DNA of 64,000 bases. Source: a virus. Where the stretch lies: IMG/VR virus record IMGVR_UViG_3300042454_000021, positions 1 through 64,000 of that record, one strand, 5' to 3'. Made by a program: the position numbers and the translations under genes. Of the stretch, positions 40,684 through 50,140 are shown piece after piece (the first letter of the stretch is position 1; each line of letters starts with the position of its first letter). Below the pieces are notes generated by a model that was not told the origin of the DNA, searched no databases, and worked only from the letters and a program-made list of their open reading frames with translations.

Positions 40684-41736
40684 TACATCCTCTACAGAGA
40701 TTGTCTTATGACACTCATGTTGTCTAGGAGTATCTTCATGTTCAGGACACCAGTTCCAATCTCCCTTATTAAATCTAAACTTAGGATTGTTCCAACATCC
40801 ATTACATACGCTTCTGTTCTCTATACGTATACAATCAAACTCATGATTAGCTTCAGTGAAGTTTGCTATCATTGCTACCTTCACTTCCATAGCCCAAGCT
40901 AACCAGCTAAGCCCACTACTAAGTCCTATGTACACCTCACAGCTAGCAAGGATATCCATAATGTTTTCTAATGATTGATCTTGTGGTCTATGTACATTCT
41001 TTAAATCACAATCATCTTTAGAGAGTTCGTATACATCGTAGCCTAAAGTTATAAGTGTGTCTATAAGTTCTTGCCATTTGTCCCAAAGTTTTAGTTGTGC
41101 TGTAGACTTTACACTAATACATATATGTTTCTTGTCAGACTTAAAAGCCTTAGGTTTATAAGCTAACCTTGGTCTCATCTCTTTATATGAAAGATTCAAG
41201 ATATCTGTAGCTGATTGTTGTAATGGTATCGTGACAGGATTGTTAGGCTCCTTGTCTTTATCCCAGAACCATCCCAGCTGTGGCATAGCTATAATATTCT
41301 CAACTGTAGATCCTGGTTCAATAAACTCTAGTTCAGGATATGCATCTTTAAACAAAAAGTTTTTGAATGTTGACACAATAACTTTGCACTGGTAACGTTG
41401 TTGAAATTCTAATACGTAAGGCATCCATGCTATGGTGTCACCTAATGCTGCGCTATCAAAGCTAATGAATACACGTTTCCCTTTAAGATGATGTAAGAAA
41501 CTGATACGTTGTTTTAATACACCTTTATCATTTCTAATCTCTACAAAGAAGTTACCAATGTAACGTTTACTGCACTTCATCCACATGCCTTTCTTCAGGA
41601 CATCTTTATAGATTTCTGTACGTACGCCATTACGTTCTTCAACAAACGCACACTGATACTCTTTATCATCATAGCTATCTACTAATTCAAAGTAGAGACC
41701 ATCAATATTATATAGTTTAAAATCCATAATAGGCAT
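40648..41736 (-). CDS. Autotransporter strand-loop-strand O-heptosyltransferase (Aah/TibC, BAHT family)-like
   Basis: ALGDTIAWMPY, STFKN.LF...YPELEF, STAQLKLW, IGLSSGLSWLAW and the Fe-finger cysteines CNGCWN...DWNWCP.H....ECHKTI. Confidence 0.85.
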   Translation of the reverse strand: MPIMDFKLYNIDGLYFELVDSYDDKEYQCAFVEERNGVRTEIYKDVLKKGMWMKCSKRYIGNFFVEIRNDKGVLKQRISFLHHLKGKRVFISFDSAALGDTIAWMPYVLEFQQRYQCKVIVSTFKNFLFKDAYPELEFIEPGSTVENIIAMPQLGWFWDKDKEPNNPVTIPLQQSATDILNLSYKEMRPRLAYKPKAFKSDKKHICISVKSTAQLKLWDKWQELIDTLITLGYDVYELSKDDCDLKNVHRPQDQSLENIMDILASCEVYIGLSSGLSWLAWAMEVKVAMIANFTEANHEFDCIRIENRSVCNGCWNNPKFRFNKGDWNWCPEHEDTPRQHECHKTISVEDVLSKCIPSYPNN

Positions 41737-42727
41737 TTAGATATGCATTGGTTGTATCTTCACTAGTCCATTTCTGATTAATTATACTAACAGCATCATA
41801 GAATTTCTTTAATATCTTACATACTTGTAACCAGCTATGATCTTGACGTTTTATTAATTGTTCATTTCTCATAGCCCCATACTTATTACATACAGTTTGT
41901 ATACCTGTAACTACAGCTTGTGTTGTATTCTCTGGAAGATTATACATACCAGGTAGAGTGACATTAGATGTACCAACAATTGGTAACCCACAACTCATTG
42001 CTTCTAGTATAGAGAGATTAGGATGTCCATACTCTAAGAATGATGGAGCTAAGAAAAGTGTATGATCTTGATATAACTTAAGAGTTTCATCATCTGTAGG
42101 ATTTGTTAACTTTAAAGTTAACTTTTTATAATCCAAAAGATCTTTATGTCCTTCAAAGAATGCATTGTTATTCTCAGGACCAGCAATAGTTATAGGAAGA
42201 TTAAGTCTTTGAGCTGCCTCTATTCCCCATCTAAATCCTTTTCTATCAATTGTACAATCACCTGCTAATCCATTGTTAGCTATCATCAATAAACTATGAT
42301 CTGTAGTAGTTTCTATAGATGGTTTGAAGAAGTCTGTGTTAACGCCATGTGGAAGATAGAACAACTTATCTGTACCATCAAAGTAATCAATGATGTGTTT
42401 ACTATGACATATAGATATAACAGATCCTTTAATAGCTGCTAAGTTATCCTTATACACACCACTATCTTTACCATACCATTCAGCATGATGATCATGTAGT
42501 GAGTAGATGTATGGTATATCTTTGTCACGCATGTCAATAGCTGTGTTAGCCATGTGTACATGAGCTAACATGTTTGGTTCTTTAACTACTTCATTCCAGT
42601 TTTTAATCTCTACGTCTACATCTAATAGTTTTAAGTTAGTAGTGTATTCCCAGATGATACGTTCTACAGCACCCCAACCATTAGGTGGGATGGTGATAAG
42701 TCCTGTTGCTACTTGTACAATTTTCAT
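41717..42727 (-). CDS. GT-B glycosyltransferase (family 4)
   Basis: IPPNGWGAVE, PHGVNTDFF, RKGF and E.GHPNLSILEAMSCGLPIVGT. Confidence 0.88.
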   Translation of the reverse strand: MKIVQVATGLITIPPNGWGAVERIIWEYTTNLKLLDVDVEIKNWNEVVKEPNMLAHVHMANTAIDMRDKDIPYIYSLHDHHAEWYGKDSGVYKDNLAAIKGSVISICHSKHIIDYFDGTDKLFYLPHGVNTDFFKPSIETTTDHSLLMIANNGLAGDCTIDRKGFRWGIEAAQRLNLPITIAGPENNNAFFEGHKDLLDYKKLTLKLTNPTDDETLKLYQDHTLFLAPSFLEYGHPNLSILEAMSCGLPIVGTSNVTLPGMYNLPENTTQAVVTGIQTVCNKYGAMRNEQLIKRQDHSWLQVCKILKKFYDAVSIINQKWTSEDTTNAYLNAYYGF

Positions 42728-45366
42728 TTCTTTATGAATTCTTTATGTTGTTTGTCAATCAATGAATAACCATCTGCCTGTGTTGTAAGTCTTTTATGTA
42801 CAATTCCCATATCATAAGAACTGCTATAAAATATTTGGTTAAAATACATATCAGCTGCGTCCCATTTACTTAAACGCAGTTTTTCCTTTAAAAAGTTACT
42901 GACATAAGAAGGGAACATAATGCATTGTAATCCTATTAAATGATCTGTAACATACATATCTTCATCTACCTCTCTCACTACAGGACTCTGTGGCCATGCA
43001 AACTCTAATGTATCTTTGTCTCCAAAAGACATAAAGCCTATGTTGTTTTTTTCCAACATTAACGCACATTTTTCCACTTTGTGTATGAAATTTCCAACAT
43101 CTCCTTCAATTAAACAATCTCCCTCACAGACTATTATGTATTCGCAGTCATGCATTTCAGCCAATATGGCATTTTTGAATGCTTCATAGCAACCATAGTG
43201 TGCTGGCGTAAGCGCTGTGCTTCGCTCTCTGACTGTAGCCTCATCGAATAACTCCATTGAGATTGCTTGTGGTCTGTTACAGTTATGCTGGGGTGGAAGG
43301 CTGGCATAAGGGATATTCTGGTGGAGGATATACTCCCATCCATAAGCTTTGACTTCTTGTAATGAAGCTCTAGATAATCGTTCTCGTTCATCATTTAATG
43401 TAGTTTGAATGTGTACTAATTTAATTGTAGGTCTGTTCTTATTTGCATTTGCCATTTGCTTTAAAATAATAGTTCCATCATGTTCATATCCATCTAGGAT
43501 ATATAACTCTTCTTTTATTGTCGTCCATTGATCCACTATAAATAACTCTACTGTCTTGACATCATCAGGGATAGGTAACACTAATGTTTGTTTCTCTGAT
43601 AGAGTTATGGATGCAGCTGTAGTAGTATCACTATCATCAAATACAACTTCTATAACTCTATGATCATTATTGTATGAATGGAAATAGAATACATTCTGAC
43701 CAGATATTTGTTCCTTTAGTATTCCATAATACTCACTGTTAGAAGACGTACCATGCCCACTGTGCTCTAGAAAAGTTTCCATATTTGGATACTCTACCCA
43801 CACCCCATTAGTCTTCTGCACCTTCTTCATCATGTAATCTTCTAAGAAGTTCTGAGCTCCTATAGATTCACATAGTTTATTATACTCTTCTGGTGTACGT
43901 ACATCATCTAATAGCTTACCTACAAAGTCTGTATTGAAGAACATACCATTGGTTTGTATACCCTTACCAAATGGTGTATTCAATGTAGCTAGTACAGCTT
44001 GCCATTCACTAGTTAATTTACTAAACCCATTATAGATAGCAGGGAAGTCCTTTTCATCTAGCTCTATATCAAATGTTACATAGAACATCTTATTGAACCC
44101 AAATGCTTTGGCTGCCTTACCTGCATTAATCAAGTTAGTTAGAACAGTGAGAGACTGGTTACTATTTCCAGTTATCTTCATCTCCACCTTAGCTTGTTCA
44201 TCTTCACGATAGAATCTATTGTAGTAGCTATGATGTGTCAAAGGATTGTGTTGATCATAGATGTAATAGTCTACCATTTCCTGTATCTTCTTAGGTACAG
44301 GATAATGACTCACTAACATGATTGGTCTATCCAACTTCTTAGCGCTATTGATGCAATCTATAGTTAGCTTAATCCTGGCATCAGTGTTTGGATAGGTGCC
44401 TATAACAATAAGCTGGTTATTCTTCTCTTGTAGGTTTAATATTTTTCTCATATTTATACTATCAGTATAACTATCGCCACTTAAATAAACTACATCTCTA
44501 TAGTCATCATACTTATTACAATATACATCTAGATTAAACATCATCTTAGGGATGTGTGGATACTCTAGCGCTTCTTTAATAGCTATTGGATTGAGCTCTT
44601 TGTTACCTCTATCTCCTCTAGATGTAAACAAGAACATGTCACAATCTTTTATAAAACTACTAACCCTATCTGATTCTCCATGTACTATACAGTTCTCAGG
44701 AAGATCTTCCATTAATGGTTTCCAATAGCTCTCAAAGTTACCAGCTTGATTACCTAAGAAGTGAAACTTTATATTGTAGTTTATAAGATGTCTAGCTATC
44801 TCTATAGCATAGGCTTGATTCTTACGTGGTGTCCACAGTCCCACTATACAAACGTCAAGGTATTGCTTTACTTTTGGTTCCCTTTTGTCAAGCTTTAGAT
44901 TGACAGGATATTCAATAACTTCCATAGGTACATCCAAGTGAGCATACTTGAAGATGTTATAAGCACTAACAAATACAAAGCTATCAGGCATCCATCTTTT
45001 CTCACTAGGAGGAAATGAACTATCATGTGTAGTTTCTACAATACGATATGTTCTGTCTTCACTATATATTTCTCTAGTTAAATCATTATCCATAAACATC
45101 TCAGGAAACTCTTCCATAGAGATGACATCTGGATTGAAGGTATCGATAAAATCTAAAAGCTCTCTTTTGTTTTCTCCTAGAGATTTAAAGTTGTTTCCAA
45201 TCAAAGTTTGTACCTTCTTGCGCTGTACAACAAAGTTCCATGCAAGAAATGCATATTCCACCACCATGATTTCATAGTGGTCTCGTAACAATTTTACCTT
45301 ATTTAATGTTACCTGGGGTGCTCCTCCTGTACTAAAGTGTGGAGATATAATTAATAGCTTCTTCAT
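42724..45366 (-). CDS. Multidomain glycosyltransferase (N-terminal GT4-like, central GT-A-like, C-terminal GT25-like)
   Basis: PHFSTGGAPQ, VGLWTPRKNQ and ELNPIAIKEA; central LVSHYP...VDYYIYD...FDIE; C-terminal HYGCYEAF...CEGD. Confidence 0.75.
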   Translation of the reverse strand: MKKLLIISPHFSTGGAPQVTLNKVKLLRDHYEIMVVEYAFLAWNFVVQRKKVQTLIGNNFKSLGENKRELLDFIDTFNPDVISMEEFPEMFMDNDLTREIYSEDRTYRIVETTHDSSFPPSEKRWMPDSFVFVSAYNIFKYAHLDVPMEVIEYPVNLKLDKREPKVKQYLDVCIVGLWTPRKNQAYAIEIARHLINYNIKFHFLGNQAGNFESYWKPLMEDLPENCIVHGESDRVSSFIKDCDMFLFTSRGDRGNKELNPIAIKEALEYPHIPKMMFNLDVYCNKYDDYRDVVYLSGDSYTDSINMRKILNLQEKNNQLIVIGTYPNTDARIKLTIDCINSAKKLDRPIMLVSHYPVPKKIQEMVDYYIYDQHNPLTHHSYYNRFYREDEQAKVEMKITGNSNQSLTVLTNLINAGKAAKAFGFNKMFYVTFDIELDEKDFPAIYNGFSKLTSEWQAVLATLNTPFGKGIQTNGMFFNTDFVGKLLDDVRTPEEYNKLCESIGAQNFLEDYMMKKVQKTNGVWVEYPNMETFLEHSGHGTSSNSEYYGILKEQISGQNVFYFHSYNNDHRVIEVVFDDSDTTTAASITLSEKQTLVLPIPDDVKTVELFIVDQWTTIKEELYILDGYEHDGTIILKQMANANKNRPTIKLVHIQTTLNDERERLSRASLQEVKAYGWEYILHQNIPYASLPPQHNCNRPQAISMELFDEATVRERSTALTPAHYGCYEAFKNAILAEMHDCEYIIVCEGDCLIEGDVGNFIHKVEKCALMLEKNNIGFMSFGDKDTLEFAWPQSPVVREVDEDMYVTDHLIGLQCIMFPSYVSNFLKEKLRLSKWDAADMYFNQIFYSSSYDMGIVHKRLTTQADGYSLIDKQHKEFIKK

Positions 45367-46291
45367 AAACTTGATCTACTTCTGGATGACAATAAAACTT
45401 ATCTTTATTTTCAAGGCAACCTATTAAAGGTTGTACGCCTTGTACAGATCCCCACTCCTTAACTCCATATTTCATATCAGAACAACATTGTAGTGCGCAT
45501 GTACCAGCTACATACTTGTAGTTATGATACTGACCATGCACTGTTCTGTATGGAGCTCTGAAGTTAGGATTGAGTGACGAACCCAAGTGTATAATGGGAG
45601 TATTTGTAGTGCCAGCGAGATGTAACAATCCACTGTCCATAGTTATAAAACATGATGCATTATGTATAAGGTGATAACAATCTGATATAGATGTCTGATT
45701 CATTAGATTCATACCATGAGGTATGTCAAAATTAAATACAGGTTTGTCAACATTAAAGAAGCCAGTCTCACTGCTATCTTTACCAATACTAATGACATAA
45801 AACCCTGCATCATTAAGATGCTTAACAAGCTCCATCCATTTCTCAGCAGGCCATGTTCTATTAGGCCACGTACTTACAGGATGTATAAGTATATACTTAT
45901 GGGGTATATCAAATCTATTTGGTTCTATAGGACTGTATTCACAATACAACTCATATCTATCCAACATGAACCCTAATTGTATAGCATGATACTGACGTAT
46001 GTCGATAGTATTATGTTTCATTTCCACTCCTTTTTCATTCTTCTTACCTACATTGGTGAAGGAGTTATGCATAATGAAGTGTTCATTGAAATATTCCCAA
46101 TCGATTGACGTGGACTTGTAACTATTTTGTACGTATGGATTCTTTTTGAACAGCTCTGGTATAGGACTAACCACAGTTATATTCTGTTCATAGGCTCTAG
46201 ATAGTTTTCTTATAGTGGGCGTAGCACATATAAGATCTCCTAGAGCAGGACATTCACTAAGGTTTAGACAAATTGGTTTAGTAGTTGACAT
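45332..46291 (-). CDS. GT9 heptosyltransferase-like glycosyltransferase
   Basis: ALGDLICATP, LFKKNPYV, IHPVSTWPNRTW, MDSGLLHLAGTT and a Cys-rich C-terminus. Confidence 0.85.
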   Translation of the reverse strand: MSTTKPICLNLSECPALGDLICATPTIRKLSRAYEQNITVVSPIPELFKKNPYVQNSYKSTSIDWEYFNEHFIMHNSFTNVGKKNEKGVEMKHNTIDIRQYHAIQLGFMLDRYELYCEYSPIEPNRFDIPHKYILIHPVSTWPNRTWPAEKWMELVKHLNDAGFYVISIGKDSSETGFFNVDKPVFNFDIPHGMNLMNQTSISDCYHLIHNASCFITMDSGLLHLAGTTNTPIIHLGSSLNPNFRAPYRTVHGQYHNYKYVAGTCALQCCSDMKYGVKEWGSVQGVQPLIGCLENKDKFYCHPEVDQVYEEAINYISTL

Positions 46292-46775
46292 AGTATCCAT
46301 ATTTATCATCGCCATATAATAATTTCAATGATGGATATCTACTAGCCATCTTATTGTATGTTAGATCTGGTTGATGATGTGTTTCGTGAATATTACCATA
46401 CTCTTCACCTTGCTCATATAAATAAGGTACAGCAATCAAACACTTCTTACCCAATGCATTAATCTTATCAATTAATGGTATTGCATTATCTAGTGTTAGA
46501 TGTTCTAATACATCTCCTAAGATTAGGTAATTGTAGGGATGAATATCAAACTTACATATGTCTTCTAAGAATACATTATCATAAAGATCTTGTAAATTAA
46601 ACTGATGAATGTAAGGTTCGTAAATTTCAACAGCATCTAAATGACATAGACCTTTTAACATCCTACCATAAGTGCCTGATCCAGGACCTACATCTAAGAC
46701 TTTAAAATCTTTATTTACTACAGAGAGTAAATGCTGTTCTACCTCTTCTTTAAATAGTGAGTAACTATAAGGCAT
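46278..46775 (-). CDS. Class I SAM-dependent methyltransferase
   Basis: VLDVGPGSG, DAVEI and GDVLEH. Start at MPYSYS (46775). Confidence 0.85.
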   Translation of the reverse strand: MPYSYSLFKEEVEQHLLSVVNKDFKVLDVGPGSGTYGRMLKGLCHLDAVEIYEPYIHQFNLQDLYDNVFLEDICKFDIHPYNYLILGDVLEHLTLDNAIPLIDKINALGKKCLIAVPYLYEQGEEYGNIHETHHQPDLTYNKMASRYPSLKLLYGDDKYGYYVNY

Positions 46776-46792
46776 ACTTTTGTTGGTTTGGT

Positions 46793-46823
46793 CAAAGTTA
46801 ATTATATTTACACAAAAATACAA
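46793..46823 (-). promoter_or_regulatory. Bacteroidota sigma-type promoter of the glycosyltransferase operon
   Basis: On the minus strand: TTG (46823-46821), a 20-nt spacer, then TAACTTTG (46800-46793), 17 nt before ATG 46775. Confidence 0.7.
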
Positions 46824-46828
46824 GAGCT

Positions 46829-47197
46829 ATGTTAATAGATGTTAGTACAGGAGAAGTGGCTGATAAGATCAGCATTCTCGTTATTAAGAATGATAAGATC
46901 AAAGATACAACTCAGTTAGCTAATGTTCAAAAAGAACTTAGCGCATTAGTAGAATCATTCCCTGCAGAAATCTTAATTGATAAGTTGTACACTGAGTTAT
47001 GTAATATAAACTATCAGCTTTGGCGTATAGAAGATAACATCAGAGAGAAGGAACGATTGGGCGAGTTTGATGCTGAGTTTATACAGATGGCACGTGATGT
47101 CTACTTCACAAATGATAGAAGAGCATTCATTAAAAAAGAAATAAATATTAAGTATGGATCAGATATTATAGAAGAAAAATCATATAACCCATATTAG
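46829..47197 (+). CDS. DUF6165-like protein
   Basis: VSTGEVADKISILVIK...LWRIEDNIR...F..MARDVYFTNDRRAFIKKEIN..YGS.IIEEKSY. Confidence 0.8.
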   Translation: MLIDVSTGEVADKISILVIKNDKIKDTTQLANVQKELSALVESFPAEILIDKLYTELCNINYQLWRIEDNIREKERLGEFDAEFIQMARDVYFTNDRRAFIKKEINIKYGSDIIEEKSYNPY

Positions 47198-47333
47198 TTA
47201 AAAATTTATTTGGATAATTCATAGGAATTACAGATATTTGTTACAACATACCTATTCCCCTTCTCATTTGAACAGGGCGCTCAGATTTAGGTTTTTTCTT
47301 TTTTTACATTTCATCAATTTTTTTGTTAACTAC

Positions 47334-47377
47334 ATAGCGTCTCAGCCCTATTTGGGTAGGGACGCTATTGTTTTTTC
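47334..47377 (+). terminator. Intrinsic terminator-like hairpin upstream of the lysis genes
   Basis: ATAGCGTCTC-A-GCCC-TATTT-GGGT-A-GGGACGCTAT followed by TGTTTTTTC. Confidence 0.65.
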
Positions 47378-47386
47378 TATACTACT

Positions 47387-47683
47387 ATGGCTGTTCAACC
47401 AGATGCATTTAAAGATTATTTAGTCAAAGGACTAGCTACATTAGTTGTAGGAATGATGTGGTACGACATCAAGGATATAAAGACGCAGTTACATAGTTTA
47501 AATGATCGTACAGTGAGTAATACAATTAAAATTGAGAATATAGAACGTCAGTTCTACAAACAAACAACATATAAATCACCATTTCCTCCAAGTGAATATC
47601 CTAAAGGAATTATTAAAGCAGAGATGGTGGCAATATTAAGAGATAATGACCTAACGCCTAAAGAGTATGAAACATATAATTGA
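47387..47683 (+). CDS. Membrane-anchored coiled-coil protein (holin/lysis-region)
   Basis: N-terminal TM (LVKGLATLVVGMMWY) followed by a coiled coil; upstream of the endolysin. Confidence 0.45.
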   Translation: MAVQPDAFKDYLVKGLATLVVGMMWYDIKDIKTQLHSLNDRTVSNTIKIENIERQFYKQTTYKSPFPPSEYPKGIIKAEMVAILRDNDLTPKEYETYN

Positions 47684-47969
47684 AGATCCTAAAGATTCTT
47701 TTTGGACTATATTTAAAGATACAAATGATTGGAATGAAAAGGCAATTATTGGAGCTATTTCGTTTGTTATCATGGTGGCTGTTGTTGCTATAGATTTATT
47801 TACAGGATTCTTTGGCAAAGAGTTAGTGTTAAATGATTATGTATTTAATTCATTTGTGATTACAACCCTTGGCTGCTTTGGTATTTCTGGCGTAGAGAAC
47901 ATCATGGGTAAGAAAACTAAAACAAAAGAGCCAGAAGAACAACCTTTCCCTGAAGACTATGAAGGATAA
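47667..47969 (+). CDS. Holin-like two-TM protein
   Basis: Two hydrophobic helices and a charged C-terminus; in the lysis region. Confidence 0.5.
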   Translation: MKHIIEDPKDSFWTIFKDTNDWNEKAIIGAISFVIMVAVVAIDLFTGFFGKELVLNDYVFNSFVITTLGCFGISGVENIMGKKTKTKEPEEQPFPEDYEG

Positions 47970-48564
47970 ACTACTTATATTATTAATTGGAATCTTTGCT
48001 ACACTATCATTATATCAATGGAGAGGATCCAGCAAAGCTAAGGGCCCAGATACATTAGTCGTAAGAGATACAACCTGGTTGAAGCACGATAGTTTAATTG
48101 TCAAGAAGGTTCCTGTGATTAGAGAAATACCTATGCCATACGAAGTGTTAGTGAAAGAATACCAAGCTGATACATCTTATCCAAAACTAAAGAAACAATA
48201 CGAAGACTTAGCTAAAGACTATGCTGCTAAGCGTGTATATGTAGACTCAGTTAATGTAGGAAAGTTTGGACACATCCAGATAATAGATACAGTTTCAAAG
48301 AACAAACTTAGTAAGCGTACCACTAAAGATAATTTTAAAATCCCTGTAGTAAAAGAAACAGTAACAATAACCAAATATGCAGAACCTGAACGACAACTCT
48401 ATCTTGGTGGTGGTGTTAATGCTAATAGTAGCAGTGGTATCAGAAGTGTCGAGGGAGGACTATTATATAAGACTAAGAAAGATCAAATCTATGGAGTTAA
48501 AGCAACAACAACTATAGATGGAATAACAACCTTTGGTGTTTCTACATACTTTAAAATAAAATAA
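47959..48564 (+). CDS. Membrane-anchored lysis accessory (spanin-like) protein
   Basis: N-terminal TM, DT repeats, and a C-terminal beta-rich segment ending YFKIK, as in Bacteroidota phage lysis-region proteins. Confidence 0.45.
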   Translation: MKDKLLILLIGIFATLSLYQWRGSSKAKGPDTLVVRDTTWLKHDSLIVKKVPVIREIPMPYEVLVKEYQADTSYPKLKKQYEDLAKDYAAKRVYVDSVNVGKFGHIQIIDTVSKNKLSKRTTKDNFKIPVVKETVTITKYAEPERQLYLGGGVNANSSSGIRSVEGGLLYKTKKDQIYGVKATTTIDGITTFGVSTYFKIK

Positions 48565-48565
48565 T

Positions 48566-48685
48566 ATGAGGTTCTTAAACTTTTTACGTTCATTAATTTG
48601 GAAGCCTGAGCCTATATTAGAAGGTAAAGCAGAAGTTGTTAAAAAGAAAGTTGTTAGAAAAAAGAAAAATGTCAACGTTGCGTAA
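48566..48685 (+). CDS. Small basic 39-aa ORF
   Basis: MRFLNFLRSLIWKPEPILEGKAEVVKKKVVRKKKNVNVA; fills the gap between neighbours and overlaps the endolysin start. Confidence 0.45.
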   Translation: MRFLNFLRSLIWKPEPILEGKAEVVKKKVVRKKKNVNVA

Positions 48686-49493
48686 AGGTGATGAAGGTCC
48701 ACTAGTAACCAAGCTTCAAGAGAAGTTAGGCGTAGATCCTATTGGTAAGTTTGGACCTAAGACAGAAGCAGCTCTAATAGCATGGCAGTTAGCTAATGGC
48801 TTACAAGCTGATGGCATAGCTGGCCCTTTTACATTAGCTAAACTTGGTATAGAAGACCTGCCTAAAGCAGCTCCTGTAGAGATTCCTGAATCAGGATTTA
48901 AACTACACAAGTTAAAAGGACACATACCAGATGGTGTGATTGCACAGATCCCTGATACAGCTGCACGTTTTGGTATTACAAACAACTTACGTCTTGCGCA
49001 CTTCTTATCACAATGTGGTCATGAGAGTGGAGGCTTTAAAGCTGTACGTGAGAACTTAAACTATTCAGTTAAAGGATTAGTAGGTATCTTTAAGAAATAC
49101 TTTAGTCCTACATTAGCTGTAGCATATGAAAGACAACCTGATAAGATAGCTAACAGAGTTTATGCTGGTCGTATGGGTAATGGTGATGAGAATTCAGGTG
49201 ATGGATATAAGTTTAGAGGCAGAGGATATATACAATTAACAGGTAAAGAGAACTACACAAGGTTCGACGCCACAGTTCCTGAGAACATAATTGCAGATCC
49301 AGATTTAGTTGCTACTAAATACCCACTGGCATCAGCAGCTTTTTTCTTTAATAGTAATAAGTTGTGGTCTATATGTGATAGAGGTGCTACGCCTGAAGTA
49401 GTAACAGCAGTGACTAAGAGAGTTAATGGAGGAACTATTGGTCTTGCAGATAGAAATAAACATTTCAATGAATATTATAACCTCCTAAAATAA
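48669..49493 (+). CDS. Endolysin: peptidoglycan-binding domain plus GH19 chitinase/lysozyme-like domain
   Basis: TLRKGDEG..V.KLQ...DGIAGP.T; AHFLSQCGHESGGF, ENLNYS, FRGRGYIQLTGKENY and VNGGTIGLADR. Confidence 0.92.
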   Translation: MSTLRKGDEGPLVTKLQEKLGVDPIGKFGPKTEAALIAWQLANGLQADGIAGPFTLAKLGIEDLPKAAPVEIPESGFKLHKLKGHIPDGVIAQIPDTAARFGITNNLRLAHFLSQCGHESGGFKAVRENLNYSVKGLVGIFKKYFSPTLAVAYERQPDKIANRVYAGRMGNGDENSGDGYKFRGRGYIQLTGKENYTRFDATVPENIIADPDLVATKYPLASAAFFFNSNKLWSICDRGATPEVVTAVTKRVNGGTIGLADRNKHFNEYYNLLK

Positions 49494-49624
49494 TGGCTAA
49501 ACCATCAAAAAACGCTGAGAACAGAAAGATTGTCTTTGGTGTAAGACGTAAAGGCAAACATCAAAAGAACTTTGGACCTAAAGCTTCTCCTAGAAAAAAG
49601 AAGTATAGAGGACAAGGTAGATAA
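49493..49624 (+). CDS. Small basic protein ending KKYRGQGR
   Basis: 43 aa: MAKPSKNAENRKIVFGVRRKGKHQKNFGPKASPRKKKYRGQGR. Its ATG overlaps the endolysin stop (TAATG). Confidence 0.65.
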   Translation: MAKPSKNAENRKIVFGVRRKGKHQKNFGPKASPRKKKYRGQGR

Positions 49625-49635
49625 ATAACCAACCA

Positions 49636-49734
49636 ATGAAAACATTTAAACTAACTTTGTGGATTGTATCTACAATCGTTGCAGTATCATTAATGATTCA
49701 ACTATTGTACATATACAAACATTTTATAATGTAA
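49636..49734 (+). CDS. 32-aa single-TM peptide
   Basis: MKTFKLTLWIVSTIVAVSLMIQLLYIYKHFIM, preceded by AACCAACCA. Confidence 0.45.
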   Translation: MKTFKLTLWIVSTIVAVSLMIQLLYIYKHFIM

Positions 49735-49735
49735 A

Positions 49736-50137
49736 ATGATGCATACACAAGAAGAAAAAACAGCAGAGCTAGAAAAAATAATTGCAGTAGATAGAGGCAA
49801 GTCTGACTTAGTTGAGAAGCTAGTGTATATATTGTTTCCTATTTGTGTTTCTGCAATTGGATGGTTGTTAACGCAGGTTAGTGAGCTTGATTCAAAGGTG
49901 AGCGTGTTAGAAAATAAAATGGCTGTTGTTGTCAACGCTGAGAACAAAGCTATACCTCCACAAGGAACAACTATTGAACTAGAAGAACTAAGAGCTGCTG
50001 CTATGCAAGCAAGATCTGATTTAAAGTTTGAGATAAGTGATAAGATAAATAACATTAAAGAAGGTGCTATGACTGAAAGAGCTGATATAAAAGCAAGACT
50101 ATCAGTTATAGAAGATAGATTAAATCGTAGAAGATAA
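49736..50137 (+). CDS. TM plus coiled-coil protein
   Basis: TM (LVYILFPICVSAIGWLL) followed by heptad repeats. Confidence 0.55.
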   Translation: MMHTQEEKTAELEKIIAVDRGKSDLVEKLVYILFPICVSAIGWLLTQVSELDSKVSVLENKMAVVVNAENKAIPPQGTTIELEELRAAAMQARSDLKFEISDKINNIKEGAMTERADIKARLSVIEDRLNRRR

Positions 50138-50140
50138 AAA

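Noticed and set aside
47238-47423. 61-aa TTG-start ORF
   Set aside because: It spans a U-rich leader and terminator hairpin, and its Phe-rich composition reflects T-tracts. More likely non-coding.
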